DNA from: Candidatus Lustribacter sp.
GTDB lineage: Bacteria; Vulcanimicrobiota; Vulcanimicrobiia; Vulcanimicrobiales; Vulcanimicrobiaceae
Length of the DNA stretch: 64,000 nucleotides
Assembly: GCA_965277805.1 (NCBI GenBank)
Contig: OZ255842.1
Location: 2,304,001-2,368,000 of the forward strand
Direction of reading: 5' to 3'
This document shows positions 1 to 10,363 of this stretch, piece after piece. Positions within the stretch are counted from its first letter, which is position 1. The number at the start of each line of letters is the position of its first letter. The translations under genes were made by a program, and so were the position numbers. A model generated the notes under the pieces. It made no database searches. It was not told where the DNA came from and was given only the letters and a program-made list of their open reading frames with translations.

Positions 1-655
1 GAAGATGCCGGTGCGCCGGAAGTAGTCGCGCTCGACCGCGCGCACATCGGGGAACAGGCGCCGCAACGCGGGGTTGGCGCGCATGGCATCCGGCACGTCG
101 GCGCCGATGTACGCATCGATTCGGCCATCGGCAATGAGGTTCTCTAGCGGCTCTCCGCTGGTCCCCTCTTGGATCGTGAAGCGTTCACGCAGCCGCTGGA
201 GCTGCTCCGCGCTTCCGATGTCGCGGAACGGCGTCTCTTGGACCCATTGAACGCGGCTGAGGTCGACTCCGTATTCGTCTTGCAGAAGGCCGCGTATCCA
301 AACTGCAGCCGACATCGGAAAGTGCGTCACCCCGATTCGACGCCCTTCGAGATCCTTCGGGTGTTCGATCCCGGCGTCACGACGAACGATGATCATGCCG
401 TGTCGAAAAGACGCGCGACGGGAAAACCGGAATCCCGACGAACGGAGGCGTTCCGGCGGCGTTGCGTCGCACGAAGTCGGAGCTGGACATCTCCGATGCT
501 TGGTACTTACCCTCCAGCATCCCGTCGAAGACGTCGCGCGGCGTGTCGCACGGGACGAAGGTCAAGTCGATCCCGTCCGCCTTTACCTCGCCCGAGTAAA
601 GCGGAACCATCCGGTCATAGAGCCCGCAGGCAAAAGTCAAAGGAACGTTTGGCAA
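1..655 (-). pseudogene. 4,5-dihydroxyphthalate decarboxylase-like protein (periplasmic-binding-protein fold), frameshifted at 406-409, runs off the window's left edge
   Basis: ORF 377..703 reads LTFACGLYDR..SEMSSS..PVFPSRVF then stops. Removing one A from AAAA at 406-409 continues as RHGMIIVRRDAGIEHPKDLEGRRIGV..WIRGLLQDEYGVD..RLFPDVRAVERDYFRRTGIF to position 1. TTG start at 655 follows GGAAAGGA. Could be a sequencing error. Confidence 0.8.
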
Positions 656-678
656 CCTAGTGTCCTTTCCGGATTGGA

Positions 679-2070
679 TTAACTTGTAGACGGCCCAACC
701 CACACGGTTTGAATATTCATGAACTCGCGGATGCCGAGGTACGAGAGCTCGCGGCCATAGCCGCTGTGCTTCACGCCCCCAAACGGCAGACGCGGATCGG
801 ATGCGGTCATTCCGTTGATGAACACAGCGCCCGATTCAATCCGCCGCGCAAGCCGCTTTCCGCGCTCCGGGTCGCCCGTCCACAACGCGCCGCCGAGACC
901 AAAGGTCGAGTCGTTCGCCAGGTCGATCGCGTGCTCGGAATCGCGCGCGCGAATCACCGCTGCAACCGGCCCGAACGTCTCCTCGCGAAAAACCGCCATC
1001 GTATCGTCGACGTCGACGAGCACGGTCGCCGGGAAGAACGCCCCCGGCCCCTCAGGCAGGCTGCCGCCGAGCACGACGCGCGCGCCCTTGGCGACGGACG
1101 CGTCGATCTGCTTCACGAGATCATCGCGCAGGTCAACGCGCGCTAACGGCCCCATCACGGTCGTGCGCTGCTCCGGATCGCCGGTCGCGTATACCTTAGA
1201 CGCCTCGACGAACGCCGCGACGAACCTGTCGTAGACGGCATCCTCAACGATGAACCGCTTCCCGCAGATACAACTCTGGCCGGCATTCTGAAACCGTGCC
1301 TTGGCCGCCGTCTTCGCAGCAGCCGGAATGTCGGCATCCGCCAGTACGACGAACGCATCGGAGCCGCCGAGCTCGAGCACGTGCTTCTTCAGCGCACGAC
1401 CGCTCTCGCTCGCCACCGAAACGCCGGCCGTCTCGCTTCCGGTAATCGTCACCGCAGCGATGCGGTCATCGGCAATCAGCGCCTTCACCTCGGCTCCCGG
1501 CACAACCAGCGTCGTGAACGTGCCCGCCGGAAAGCCCGTCTCGCGAAACACTTCCTCGATATCGAGCGCGCAGCGCGTCACGTTGCTGGCATGCTTGAGC
1601 ACGCCCGCGTTGCCGGCCATGAGCGCCGGGGCTGCGAACCGGAAGACTTGCCAATACGGAAAATTCCACGGCATCACGGCCAAGACGATGCCGAGCGGCT
1701 GATAAGCGATATAGCTTTCGGTCGCGGTTGAATCGACGCGTTCGTCCGCCAAAAACCGTTCCGCGTTATCGGCGTAGAACTCGCACGCCCAGGCGCACTT
1801 CTCTACCTCGGCCTCGGCGTCGGCAATCGGTTTGCCCATCTCACGCGTCGCGTTGAGCGCGAAGCGCGCCGCGTGAGCCCGGAGATACGCAGCGGCTTTT
1901 TTCATCAACCCGGCGCGGTCGTCGAAGCTGCGCTGCGCCCACAAACGTTGCGCCGCGACGGCGCGGTCGAGCGCGGCGTCGATCTCCCCTTGCGTGTGAA
2001 GCCGGAACGTTTCGAGCGACTTCCCGTTCGCCGGGTTCACGGAAGCGACAGTTTTCGTTGCAGTCGTCAC
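679..2070 (-). CDS. NAD(P)-dependent aldehyde dehydrogenase, succinate-semialdehyde dehydrogenase-like (GabD1/Sad type)
   Basis: Motifs VMPWNFP, TGSETAG, LELGGSD, QNAGQSC, EETFGP, PFGGVKHSGYGRE. GTG start at 2070 chosen over 2100. Confidence 0.9.
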   Translation of the reverse strand: MTTATKTVASVNPANGKSLETFRLHTQGEIDAALDRAVAAQRLWAQRSFDDRAGLMKKAAAYLRAHAARFALNATREMGKPIADAEAEVEKCAWACEFYADNAERFLADERVDSTATESYIAYQPLGIVLAVMPWNFPYWQVFRFAAPALMAGNAGVLKHASNVTRCALDIEEVFRETGFPAGTFTTLVVPGAEVKALIADDRIAAVTITGSETAGVSVASESGRALKKHVLELGGSDAFVVLADADIPAAAKTAAKARFQNAGQSCICGKRFIVEDAVYDRFVAAFVEASKVYATGDPEQRTTVMGPLARVDLRDDLVKQIDASVAKGARVVLGGSLPEGPGAFFPATVLVDVDDTMAVFREETFGPVAAVIRARDSEHAIDLANDSTFGLGGALWTGDPERGKRLARRIESGAVFINGMTASDPRLPFGGVKHSGYGRELSYLGIREFMNIQTVWVGPSTS

Positions 2071-2074
2071 GTGA

Positions 2075-2980
2075 TTACTCCGCGCTCCGCGAAAAATCAA
2101 CGGTCCGGCGCGCCATCGTCATCTCCTGAGTCGACGGGGCGGTGTAGCCCCAGAGATCGCGTCGCCCCGGTGGGAACTCTTTCGCCCATTCTTCGGGCTT
2201 GCGCACGCGATAGCTGTCATCGACTTGTAGAAACTCCGTAGAGTACTCAATCGGAAGATCCTCGGGCCCGACGAAGTAGGCGAAAATGTTGTTGCCTGGG
2301 CCGTGGCGTCCCGGCCCCCAACCCGGCAGCAGGTCGTTTTCGCGCAAACGGCCGAGCCCGCGCATCAGCGAATCGAAGTTCGGCAGTTCGAACGCGACGT
2401 GATCGAGAGTCGTGACCGGCGACGGCACGAGCGCGATGCTGTGGTGATCGCTATTGTAGTTGACGAAGTGAATCGTGCGCGTGCGATCGATGATCCGTCC
2501 GCCGAGCGCGTTGACGTAGAAGTCCTCGAGGCGCTCCACTTGGCGCGTGCAGATGGTGATGTGCGAGAGCTTGCGCGGGAGATCGATGCCGTCGGTCACC
2601 TCGGCGTGCGTTGCGTCGCCGGCGACGATATAGAGCAGACGGCCTTCCGGATCGCGCACGAAGAACCCATAACCGCCCCCCGGTTCGTCCGATTCGCCGG
2701 GGGCGGTCAAGCCGTCACTCTTCTGCAGCGCCAGCCGCGCATGGATGGCATCGACCGCATGCCGGTCGTGCGCCCACAGGTCCATGCGCAGCACTTCCGT
2801 CTGCGGCCGCTTGTGGAGCGCCAGAACGTAGTGCGGTTCGGCCGTGCCCCGCAGATAGATCGCGGCATCGTCCTGGTCGACGGCCGAAAGCCCCCACGCT
2901 TTGGTGAAGAACTCGCTCGCCTGCTCGAGATCGACGACGCCGAAATGAATTGACCTGAGGGCGCGAATTGAATCGCTCAT
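2075..2980 (-). CDS. Two-domain VOC family protein (extradiol ring-cleavage dioxygenase-like)
   Basis: RKLSH, DHHSIAL, HVAFE, WGPGRHGPGNNIFAYF..P..IEY give the His-His-Glu metal triad. Confidence 0.8.
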   Translation of the reverse strand: MSDSIRALRSIHFGVVDLEQASEFFTKAWGLSAVDQDDAAIYLRGTAEPHYVLALHKRPQTEVLRMDLWAHDRHAVDAIHARLALQKSDGLTAPGESDEPGGGYGFFVRDPEGRLLYIVAGDATHAEVTDGIDLPRKLSHITICTRQVERLEDFYVNALGGRIIDRTRTIHFVNYNSDHHSIALVPSPVTTLDHVAFELPNFDSLMRGLGRLRENDLLPGWGPGRHGPGNNIFAYFVGPEDLPIEYSTEFLQVDDSYRVRKPEEWAKEFPPGRRDLWGYTAPSTQEMTMARRTVDFSRSAE

Positions 2981-3807
2981 AGGATGTTCTCCATTCGTGA
3001 TAATTCGTTAGCCGGATGCGCGCCTAACCATTCGAACAAGATCTGGTTGAACAGCTGCGGATGCTCTACATTCGGCAGGTGCCGGGCGTCTTCAATAATG
3101 CGGAACTCGCCGCGCTGTACCCGACGAGCGATGTCTTGGTTTTCATCGAGATCCGAGCCGAGATCGTCGGCTCCGCAGAGCACCAGCGTCGCGGCCGTAA
3201 TCTGCGAAAGGCGATCCACCCAGCTAAAATTCTGAATCGCCGCCGCGCAGCCGATGTACCCTTGCGGCGACGTTGCCGCCACGGTGTCGTGAATCTGCTG
3301 CCATAGCTGCGGACGGCGCCGGCGGCATTCCGGACTCAGCCACCGCATCATGGTATCCGCCGCCAGCGGCAGGGTCGAATTCTGGGCCTGCACCTCGGTG
3401 ATCCGCGGTCCCCACCGGTCGAGCGCATCCGCAGGCGATGCGGCACGCGTATCGCTCAGAACCATCGAGGCCACGCGTTCCGCATGCAGGATCGCGACGC
3501 CGAGCGCGATCATGCCGCCAATCGAGAGCCCGCAAAAATGCGCGCGCTCGACCTGCACCTGGTCGAGCACTAGCACCGCATCCGCGACGAGCTGCTCCAT
3601 CCGGTAGTTGCCCGGCGCGGGATCGCTGCCGCCGTGGCCGCGCATGTCCACGCGCAGCACCCGGTAACCTGCCCGGAGCAGAGCCGATACCTGATCCATC
3701 CACATCCCGCTATCCGCCGCCAGCGGATGCGCAAGGTATACCGTCTCGGCGTCCTCCGGTCCGGCGAGGTCGTAGTAGATCCGTCGTCCATGACTTGAAA
3801 GCAGCAT
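2977..3807 (-). CDS. Alpha/beta hydrolase, 3-oxoadipate enol-lactonase (PcaD)-like
   Basis: DMRGHGGS, GLSIGG nucleophile elbow, GY.GC..AI, G..D, ARHLPNVEHP. Start MLLSSHG at 3807 within ORF 2977..4176. Confidence 0.8.
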   Translation of the reverse strand: MLLSSHGRRIYYDLAGPEDAETVYLAHPLAADSGMWMDQVSALLRAGYRVLRVDMRGHGGSDPAPGNYRMEQLVADAVLVLDQVQVERAHFCGLSIGGMIALGVAILHAERVASMVLSDTRAASPADALDRWGPRITEVQAQNSTLPLAADTMMRWLSPECRRRRPQLWQQIHDTVAATSPQGYIGCAAAIQNFSWVDRLSQITAATLVLCGADDLGSDLDENQDIARRVQRGEFRIIEDARHLPNVEHPQLFNQILFEWLGAHPANELSRMENIL

Positions 3808-3809
3808 AA

Positions 3810-4682
3810 CTAGTGCGACTCCTCCCAACGGCTGCCGATGATGCCTTGCGGCCGGATTGCGAGCAGCACGAGCAAAATCGCGAACGAAATCACGGTCTCG
3901 TAGTTCGACGAAACGTAACGCGCGACCAACGCATTGACCAGACCCAGCAGCAAGCCGCCGACGAGTGCGCCCGGCAGACTGCCGAACCCGCCCAAGACCG
4001 CCGCAACGAATCCGAACACGCCGTACGTCAGTCCCGCATCGACCGAAGTAAACTGCGCCGGCGTAATCATCGCCCCGCCGAGACCGCCCAGCATTGCGGT
4101 GAAGGCGAAGGCCGTCGCTCCCATCCGCTCGGGCGAGATGCCCAGCAGCTGGCTCGTATCGCGGCTCGCTGCGCACGCGCGCATCGCGCGCCCCATGATG
4201 CTGTAACGTAGGATGGCGCTGAACGCCGCCATCAGCGCGAGCGTCGCGAGCGCGACGATGACGTATTGTCCGTCGATGTGGTTCCCGTCGAAATTAAGAG
4301 TGAATCCCGCGATCCAAGACGGCAGCGTTTGCGGCATCGCGCCGAACACGGCGAGCGCACCCGTGCTGATGATCGCGCCATAGACGATCGTCGCAAGCAG
4401 CACGACGTAGGCCGGGCTGCGCCGCCGCCACAGCGGCAGCACGACGGCGATCCACAGCACGAGACCGGTGAACGCGGCGCTCAGAACGCCCAAGAGCACG
4501 GCCAACGGATACGGAAGCCCCGCGACGGAGTAGTACCACCACGTCGAGAAACCGCCGACCATCACGTAACTGCCCTGCGCAAAATTGACGACTCCGGTCG
4601 TGCGGTAGATGAGCGAATAGCCGACCGCGACGAGCGCGTAGATGCAGCCCGTCGCGATGCCCGTCGCGACGATCAAGCTCAT
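3810..4682 (-). CDS. Branched-chain-amino-acid-type ABC permease (LivH-like)
   Basis: YALVAVGYSLIYRTTGVVNFAQG, GRAMRA, AAVLGGFGS. Confidence 0.9.
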   Translation of the reverse strand: MSLIVATGIATGCIYALVAVGYSLIYRTTGVVNFAQGSYVMVGGFSTWWYYSVAGLPYPLAVLLGVLSAAFTGLVLWIAVVLPLWRRRSPAYVVLLATIVYGAIISTGALAVFGAMPQTLPSWIAGFTLNFDGNHIDGQYVIVALATLALMAAFSAILRYSIMGRAMRACAASRDTSQLLGISPERMGATAFAFTAMLGGLGGAMITPAQFTSVDAGLTYGVFGFVAAVLGGFGSLPGALVGGLLLGLVNALVARYVSSNYETVISFAILLVLLAIRPQGIIGSRWEESH

Positions 4683-5476
4683 ACCTCGCTCCCTTCAACC
4701 GCGGAATCGCCGAGATAAGCGTCGCGCACGGCGGGGTCGCGACGGACGTCGTCCGGAAGACCTGACGCGATGACCGAGCCGAAATTCATCACGGTCATCC
4801 GATCGGAGAGGCCGAACACAAACGGAACGTCGTGATCGACCAAGAGCATGCCGATGCCCTCGCTGCGAAACCGGCGAATGAGATCGGCCAGCCGGTTGCG
4901 CTCGATGTCGTTGAGCCCGGCTGCGGGCTCGTCCAGCAGCAGGACGCGCGGGTGCATAGCGATGGCGCGCGCGATCTCGAGGAAACGGAGTTGACCGAAG
5001 GTAAGATTGCGCGCGTCTGTGCCGGAAAGCGCGTCGAGTTCGAACACGCGCAGCAGGCGTTCGGCCTCGTTCACCATCGCCTTCGCCTCGTGCCGCATCG
5101 CCGGGGTGCGCGCCAACACCGCGCCGAGCCGCGCATGATAGCGCGTGTGCAGTCCCACGAGCACGTTTTCAAACACGCTGAGTCCGGCCAGCGGCGTCGC
5201 CTGCTGGAACGTACGCGAGATCCCCAAACGCGCGATCCCCGACGGCGAAAGCCGGGAAAGATCCTGCGCTCCGAATCGCAAACTTCCGCCGTCGGCACGC
5301 ACGAAGCCCGTAATCAGCCCGATCGTCGTCGATTTGCCGGCGCCGTTAGGCCCGATCAACCCATGCACCTGGCCGGCCGCAACCTCGAGCGAGAGCTCGG
5401 AGACGGCGACGAGCCCGCCGTAGCGCTTCGTGATGCCGCTCAAAACCAGATCGGCGGTTGCAGTCCCCGCGGTCAA
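4679..5476 (-). CDS. ABC ATP-binding protein (LivG-like)
   Basis: GPNGAGKST, GISRTFQ, LLLDEPAAG, VDHD, AYLG. Probable TTG start at 5476 overlaps the LivM stop. Confidence 0.9.
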   Translation of the reverse strand: MTAGTATADLVLSGITKRYGGLVAVSELSLEVAAGQVHGLIGPNGAGKSTTIGLITGFVRADGGSLRFGAQDLSRLSPSGIARLGISRTFQQATPLAGLSVFENVLVGLHTRYHARLGAVLARTPAMRHEAKAMVNEAERLLRVFELDALSGTDARNLTFGQLRFLEIARAIAMHPRVLLLDEPAAGLNDIERNRLADLIRRFRSEGIGMLLVDHDVPFVFGLSDRMTVMNFGSVIASGLPDDVRRDPAVRDAYLGDSAVEGSEV

Positions 5477-6459
5477 TGCGCCGGCTCCCGTCGCCGCAAC
5501 CACGCCGGCAGCATCTCGCTCAGCGGTGCGGTTTCGCCCGTCCGTCCGAAAAAGCCCGACGGCCAGAGCACGATCAGCGCGAGCAGTACCACGAAGAAGA
5601 CCAGGCTCTGATACTTCTCGAGCCCAGCGAGGACTTGCGGCGCGAACGTGAGCAGGGCCGCGCCGACGATCGGGCCGGCGTACGAACCGCGGCCGCCGAT
5701 GAAGAGCATCAATAGCACGTTCAAGACCACGCTGACGTCGTACAGATCCGGACCGGCAAACGAGGTGAACTCGACATAGAGCGAGCCGGCGACCGACGCA
5801 ATGACGGCGGCGATCGCGAACGCCGTGAGCTTCGCCCGCGTGATGTTGATGCCGAGCGAGATCGCGATCTCTTGGCCCGTCGCCAGCGCGCGCCACGCGC
5901 GGCCCAAGTGCGATCGCGCGAGCAACGCGAAGATGGCGAGCGCGATGCCGCACGCCGCCCAGCTGAGCACGTAAAACGGCAGCGCCCCATTTAAGGCAAA
6001 CGTGCCGATGGCGAGCGGCGGCACGCCCGAGATACCGACGCTGCCGTTGGTGAGCGGCGTCGCGGCGGTCACGAATGAGTTCGTGCCGAGGGCCAGCGCA
6101 AACGTCGCCATCGCAAGGTAGTGTCCGCGCAAACGCAGGAGCGGGGCGCCGATGATGAGCGACGCAGCGAACGCGAGGATCGCCGAGGCCGCCAGCGCGA
6201 GTAGCGGATTGACGCCGAGCTTCGTCGTGAGGACCGCGCTGCCGTAGCCGCCGATCGCCATGAACGCCGTCTGTGCGAAGCTCACCTGACCGGCGAGGCC
6301 GAGCACGATGTTGAGCGAGATCACGACCATCGCATAGAGCGCGGTAATCGTCAGGCTGTAGATGACGAGCCGCCCGCCGATGAAGGGCGCCAAGACGACG
6401 ACGGCAGCGATGAGGATCATCACGACGCGTTCGACCGTGTTGTGCCGCGCGATGTCCAT
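5473..6459 (-). CDS. Branched-chain-amino-acid-type ABC permease (LivM-like)
   Basis: SLNIVLGLAGQVSFAQTAF, LRLRGHYLAMAT, GRAWRA, GGRGS..GP..GA. Confidence 0.9.
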   Translation of the reverse strand: MDIARHNTVERVVMILIAAVVVLAPFIGGRLVIYSLTITALYAMVVISLNIVLGLAGQVSFAQTAFMAIGGYGSAVLTTKLGVNPLLALAASAILAFAASLIIGAPLLRLRGHYLAMATFALALGTNSFVTAATPLTNGSVGISGVPPLAIGTFALNGALPFYVLSWAACGIALAIFALLARSHLGRAWRALATGQEIAISLGINITRAKLTAFAIAAVIASVAGSLYVEFTSFAGPDLYDVSVVLNVLLMLFIGGRGSYAGPIVGAALLTFAPQVLAGLEKYQSLVFFVVLLALIVLWPSGFFGRTGETAPLSEMLPAWLRRREPAH

Positions 6460-7187
6460 CAGGCCACCGCCTTGCCGAGATAGAGCGCAGCCAATTCGTC
6501 AACCGTCGGCCGCCGCGCCGCTTGGAACACGGCGCGCCCGTTCTGCAGCACGATCGTAGCCTCGCGCTCGGAACTCAGCGGCACCGCCTTCTGCTCAACC
6601 AGCACGATCGCAAGGCCGCGTCCGAGCAGCATGCGCAACGCATCGTACACGTGCGCCACCGCGAGCGGTGCGAGGCCTAACGACGGCTCGTCCAGCAGCA
6701 GGACTTCAGGCTTCGCCAGGAGCGCCCGCGCGATCGCCAGCATCTGCATCTGGCCGCCGCTCAACGTACTGCAATCCTGATGCAAGCGCTCACGCAGCAC
6801 CGGAAATAGGGCGAACGCTTCGTCCAGATCCGCATCACGCGTCCCGCGTTTCTCAACTGCCGCAGAGTGGCGGCCGAGTTCGAGATTGTCGAGCACCGAC
6901 AGGCCCTGCAACACGCCGCGGCCTTCGGGCACGAGCGCGATGCCGGCCCGCACGCGCCGGAACGCCGGCAGCGCGCTGATCGTTCGTCCGCGTAAAGAAA
7001 CCGTTCCGGATTGCAACGGCACGGCGCCGGCCAAGGCGCGCACGAGGGTCGTTTTTCCCGCCCCATTCGGGCCGAGAATCACGGTCAAACTCGCGGGCGC
7101 GACCGCGAGCGAGATCGCATGCAGCGCGTCCACGCGACCGTAACGGACCGATATCTCGCTCGCGCCTAGGAGCGCCGGCTCCGCCAT
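6459..7187 (-). CDS. ABC ATP-binding protein (LivF-like)
   Basis: GPNGAGKTT, VPEGR, LSGGQMQML, LDEPSLGLAP, VEQ. Confidence 0.9.
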   Translation of the reverse strand: MAEPALLGASEISVRYGRVDALHAISLAVAPASLTVILGPNGAGKTTLVRALAGAVPLQSGTVSLRGRTISALPAFRRVRAGIALVPEGRGVLQGLSVLDNLELGRHSAAVEKRGTRDADLDEAFALFPVLRERLHQDCSTLSGGQMQMLAIARALLAKPEVLLLDEPSLGLAPLAVAHVYDALRMLLGRGLAIVLVEQKAVPLSSEREATIVLQNGRAVFQAARRPTVDELAALYLGKAVA

Positions 7188-7209
7188 AACCGTCGCCGTG
7201 CTGTCCGCG

Positions 7210-8409
7210 CTAGCTCCCAGTCATCCGAACGTTGGGCTCGCTGAAGACGATCCCGATGCTACCGTCGGCGTTGAACTTCGCGATGCGCGACGGGGTCGCC
7301 GTCGCGGCCTGTCCGGTGTGATCGGCGGGCGTGAATTTGTAGAGCGCATTGCACCCTTGCACGGAGACCTTCTCGAGCGCCGCATGAATGTCGGGGCCTT
7401 TGGCCGACTTGGCCTGCGACACTGCGCGGTCGAGAACGCGCACCGCATCCCAGCCGAACGCGGCGCCGGAAATCGTCGCCATGCTCTTACCGGCCTTCGT
7501 ATAGGCGCCGATGAAGGCGGCACACGCGGCCTTGGTCGCCGGGTTGTCGATGTTCGGATAAAGTTGCACGCCGGTCGCGTAGAAAACCGTGTTAGGGTAC
7601 GCCGTCGCAACGTTCTTGTGAGTCGGCACGTCGTCGTCGCCCTGGACGAGCGGCACGGTCAGTCCGACCGCAGCTGCGGCCTTGCCCTCAACGATGTGCG
7701 GCGCGCCGGTGAGGATGTCGAGCACGGCCTGCGCCCCGCTCGCCTTAACCCCGGACATCTGCGGCGTCATGTCGGTCAGCGACGGCTCGATAGCCTGCGA
7801 GTACACCACTTCCATGCCGAGCGCGTTAGCGCGCGCGGTCATGAATTTGGCCGCGCCTTGTCCGTACGGCGTCTGCGAATAGAGTAGCGCGATTTTCTTC
7901 GCATGCAGCGTCTTGCTTGCGTAATCGACTTGGAGCGCATCGCCGAGCGCGTCACCGTGGGCGTTGATGAGGTTGACTGTAAACGCCCAGACCGGATTCG
8001 GCGGCAGCAGCGAGAACACGATTTGCGGCACCTGCGCGCGTTCGAGGATCGGCTCGATCGCTGTGTTCTGCGCCGAGCTTCCGCCGGTCAACATGACGCT
8101 CACGCCGAACTGGTTGATCAGTTGGTTCGTCACCGTGACGCCGGTCGTCGCGTTCGAGGCATTGTCGAGCACGTGCAGGTTGATCTGGCGCCCGTCGATG
8201 CCGCCTTTGGCATTGAGCTCGTCGACGCCAAGCTTCACCCCATCGACGAATTGGCCATCGTAGCCGGCCAGGTAACCCGTGAGCCCGACCGGCACGCCGA
8301 CCTCGATCGGATCCTTGGCCGCGCCAAACGAGGCAGCGCCCGGCACGGTCAATGCGGCAACTAGGATGACGGCGGCCAGTGAACGGCCCCCGCGCGTCGC
8401 TCTCAACAT
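7210..8409 (-). CDS. Liv-type ABC substrate-binding protein
   Basis: Signal peptide, LTG..A, NAKGGIDGRQI, PYGQG; first gene of the Liv operon. Confidence 0.85.
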   Translation of the reverse strand: MLRATRGGRSLAAVILVAALTVPGAASFGAAKDPIEVGVPVGLTGYLAGYDGQFVDGVKLGVDELNAKGGIDGRQINLHVLDNASNATTGVTVTNQLINQFGVSVMLTGGSSAQNTAIEPILERAQVPQIVFSLLPPNPVWAFTVNLINAHGDALGDALQVDYASKTLHAKKIALLYSQTPYGQGAAKFMTARANALGMEVVYSQAIEPSLTDMTPQMSGVKASGAQAVLDILTGAPHIVEGKAAAAVGLTVPLVQGDDDVPTHKNVATAYPNTVFYATGVQLYPNIDNPATKAACAAFIGAYTKAGKSMATISGAAFGWDAVRVLDRAVSQAKSAKGPDIHAALEKVSVQGCNALYKFTPADHTGQAATATPSRIAKFNADGSIGIVFSEPNVRMTGS

Positions 8410-8489
8410 CTTTGCCTCCTACCATTCGAGCCGCACCGGCAAGACGCGGCGCGGGCAGTCGAACGGCCCATATCGCCCAGGTTAGCGAA

Positions 8490-8521
8490 CCGTCAATACA
8501 ATGTCAACAATATCGCTAACG
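8490..8521 (-). promoter_or_regulatory. Putative promoter/operator of the Liv-catabolic operon
   Basis: AT-rich island with TTGACA on the minus strand and repeated ACAAT (caatacaatgtcaacaatatcg), between the GntR stop and the binding-protein gene. Confidence 0.45.
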
Positions 8522-9196
8522 AGATGGGTAACCGTGCTCCATGGCCCTCAGCAGCTCGGCCAGAACGTTCGTCACATGGAGGCGCATCGCGCGTTCGGCA
8601 GCCGGTCCGTCACCGGCAGCGATCGCCTCGACGATCGCGATATGCTCGGGCAGCGAGCGCGAGGGCCGGCCCGGGTTGAGAAGGCTGCGAATCTGGTAAC
8701 GCACGGCCTGCACCTGCAGCGCCTCGACCTCGCGCTCCGCCAACGGCTGGTCGGCGATCGCGAAAATTGTCTTATGAAGAACAGAATTCAGCTTCGAATA
8801 AGCGAACAGGTCGCCGGCCGCGAGGACGTCCTCCATCTGCGCGAGGATCTTCTGCAGCTGCGCGATGCCCTCGGGCGTTCGGCGCTGCGCCGCTCGATCG
8901 GCCACGAAACCCTCGATCACCGCACGCAATTCGAGAATCTGAATCGCTTCCGACTGCGTGAATACGCGAACGCGCGCCCCAAAGTTGGGCTGGCGGACGA
9001 TCAGGCCTTCCTGTTCGAGGCGGGCGAAGGCGGTGCGCAAATAGCCGCGGGTGGTGCCATGTCGGGCAATGATCTCGGCTTCGACGAGCCGCTCGTTCGG
9101 AAGGAGCGCGCCCTCCATGATATCGGCTTTGAGCTGCTCGTAAATCCGAACGTCCGGCCGCGGCGCGACACCAGCCGATCCTGCTAACGCTTCCAC
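8516..9196 (-). CDS. GntR family (FadR/FCD) transcriptional regulator
   Basis: wHTH ERLVE..TRGYLRTA..LEQEGL; FCD N..LH..I and SLPEH..I..AI..GD. Confidence 0.9.
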   Translation of the reverse strand: MEALAGSAGVAPRPDVRIYEQLKADIMEGALLPNERLVEAEIIARHGTTRGYLRTAFARLEQEGLIVRQPNFGARVRVFTQSEAIQILELRAVIEGFVADRAAQRRTPEGIAQLQKILAQMEDVLAAGDLFAYSKLNSVLHKTIFAIADQPLAEREVEALQVQAVRYQIRSLLNPGRPSRSLPEHIAIVEAIAAGDGPAAERAMRLHVTNVLAELLRAMEHGYPSR

Positions 9197-9314
9197 GGTG
9201 TACCTATTCTTCCGAGACCGGCACGGTCATGCACAAGGGGAAGGTCGCAGCGGAACGAACACGATGGTTAACAATTTCGTTTACGAGCGTATTTTCCTGC
9301 CCTAAGGGGGAACC

Positions 9315-10334
9315 ATGCAGCCATATGATCGGGAAGGCACCAAGGCCTGGGCCCGTGCCAACATGCGGGGTGTCTGCAATGTGCTGATGCCGTCGTTCTC
9401 GGCCGATCTGAAGAGGCTCAACGAGGAAGGCATCCGCCACGACGTCCGCATGTGTAAGTCGCTCGGCTTCTGGGGCACGCTGGCGGTATCGGAGTGCGGC
9501 ACAACGATCGAGGAGTACGTCCGTTTCGTCGAGATTGCCGTCGACGAAGCCGGCAAGGATTTCCACATCATGTTCCACGCCAGCTTCGATACGCTCGAAG
9601 ATACGATTCGCGCCGGTAAGGCCTGTGCGGCTGCCGGCGCCGACACGATGCTGCTTTCCTATGCGCCCACGTTCTATCCGACGAGCGAAGACGACGTCTA
9701 TGCGTATTCGATAAAAGCAATGGAAGAGATTCCGCTTGCGACAGTCCTCTTTGCCGTGCACTTGTGGGATTTTGCCCGGCTGCACCCGGCGGAAATGTCA
9801 CCGCAACTCGTCTCACGCCTCGCCGATCACCCGCGTGCGGTCGCATTCAAATGCGAAGGCGGCGGCAACACCAACGCGCCGCACGTCGACGCGCTGCGCC
9901 TGTGCGGCGACAGGCTACTCATTTCCGATCCACGCGAAGGCAACGCGCCCGGCCACATCAAGTGGTTCGGCATGCAATGGATGGGAACGAGCATCTTTCA
10001 GTTTTTCGGCGATAACGTACCGAAGTATTTCAACCTGATGCATGAAGAGCGCTGGGATGAGGCCATGGAGATTTTCTGGTGCATCCAGCCGGCTCGCGCC
10101 GCCCGCCTCGCATTTTCTGCTACCTATTTGGGCGGCGCGCATTTCATCCACCGTTTGAGCTGGAAGTACATGGAGTGGCTCGTCGGCTTCAACGGCGGTC
10201 CCCTGCGTCTCCCGACGATGCGCCTAACCGACGCCGCAACCCGCCGTCTCGCCGAGGGCCTGATCCGCAGCAAGATCATCGAGAAAGCCCCGGGCACGCT
10301 CGGCGACTTCTACGTCGGTCGCAACCCAACCTAA
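9315..10334 (+). CDS. Dihydrodipicolinate synthase family protein (aldolase or hydratase-aldolase-like)
   Basis: TIM-barrel pattern, P.FYP, VAFKCE Schiff-base Lys, K....L.GFNGGPLRLP; lacks the canonical DapA GTTGE. Confidence 0.75.
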   Translation: MQPYDREGTKAWARANMRGVCNVLMPSFSADLKRLNEEGIRHDVRMCKSLGFWGTLAVSECGTTIEEYVRFVEIAVDEAGKDFHIMFHASFDTLEDTIRAGKACAAAGADTMLLSYAPTFYPTSEDDVYAYSIKAMEEIPLATVLFAVHLWDFARLHPAEMSPQLVSRLADHPRAVAFKCEGGGNTNAPHVDALRLCGDRLLISDPREGNAPGHIKWFGMQWMGTSIFQFFGDNVPKYFNLMHEERWDEAMEIFWCIQPARAARLAFSATYLGGAHFIHRLSWKYMEWLVGFNGGPLRLPTMRLTDAATRRLAEGLIRSKIIEKAPGTLGDFYVGRNPT

Positions 10335-10363
10335 ATGTCATCTCCTATCCCGAGGGTCCAATC

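Noticed and set aside
4679-6502. Apparent long N-terminal extensions or fusions (also 36807..38633, 13754..15313, 2977..4176, 32520..33662)
   Set aside because: The extensions overlap upstream genes in another frame; internal starts with operon-style overlaps explain them
9264-9282. ttaacaatttcgttt as another copy of the ACGAAAT operator
   Set aside because: Only one half (ATTTCGT) matches at the correct spacing
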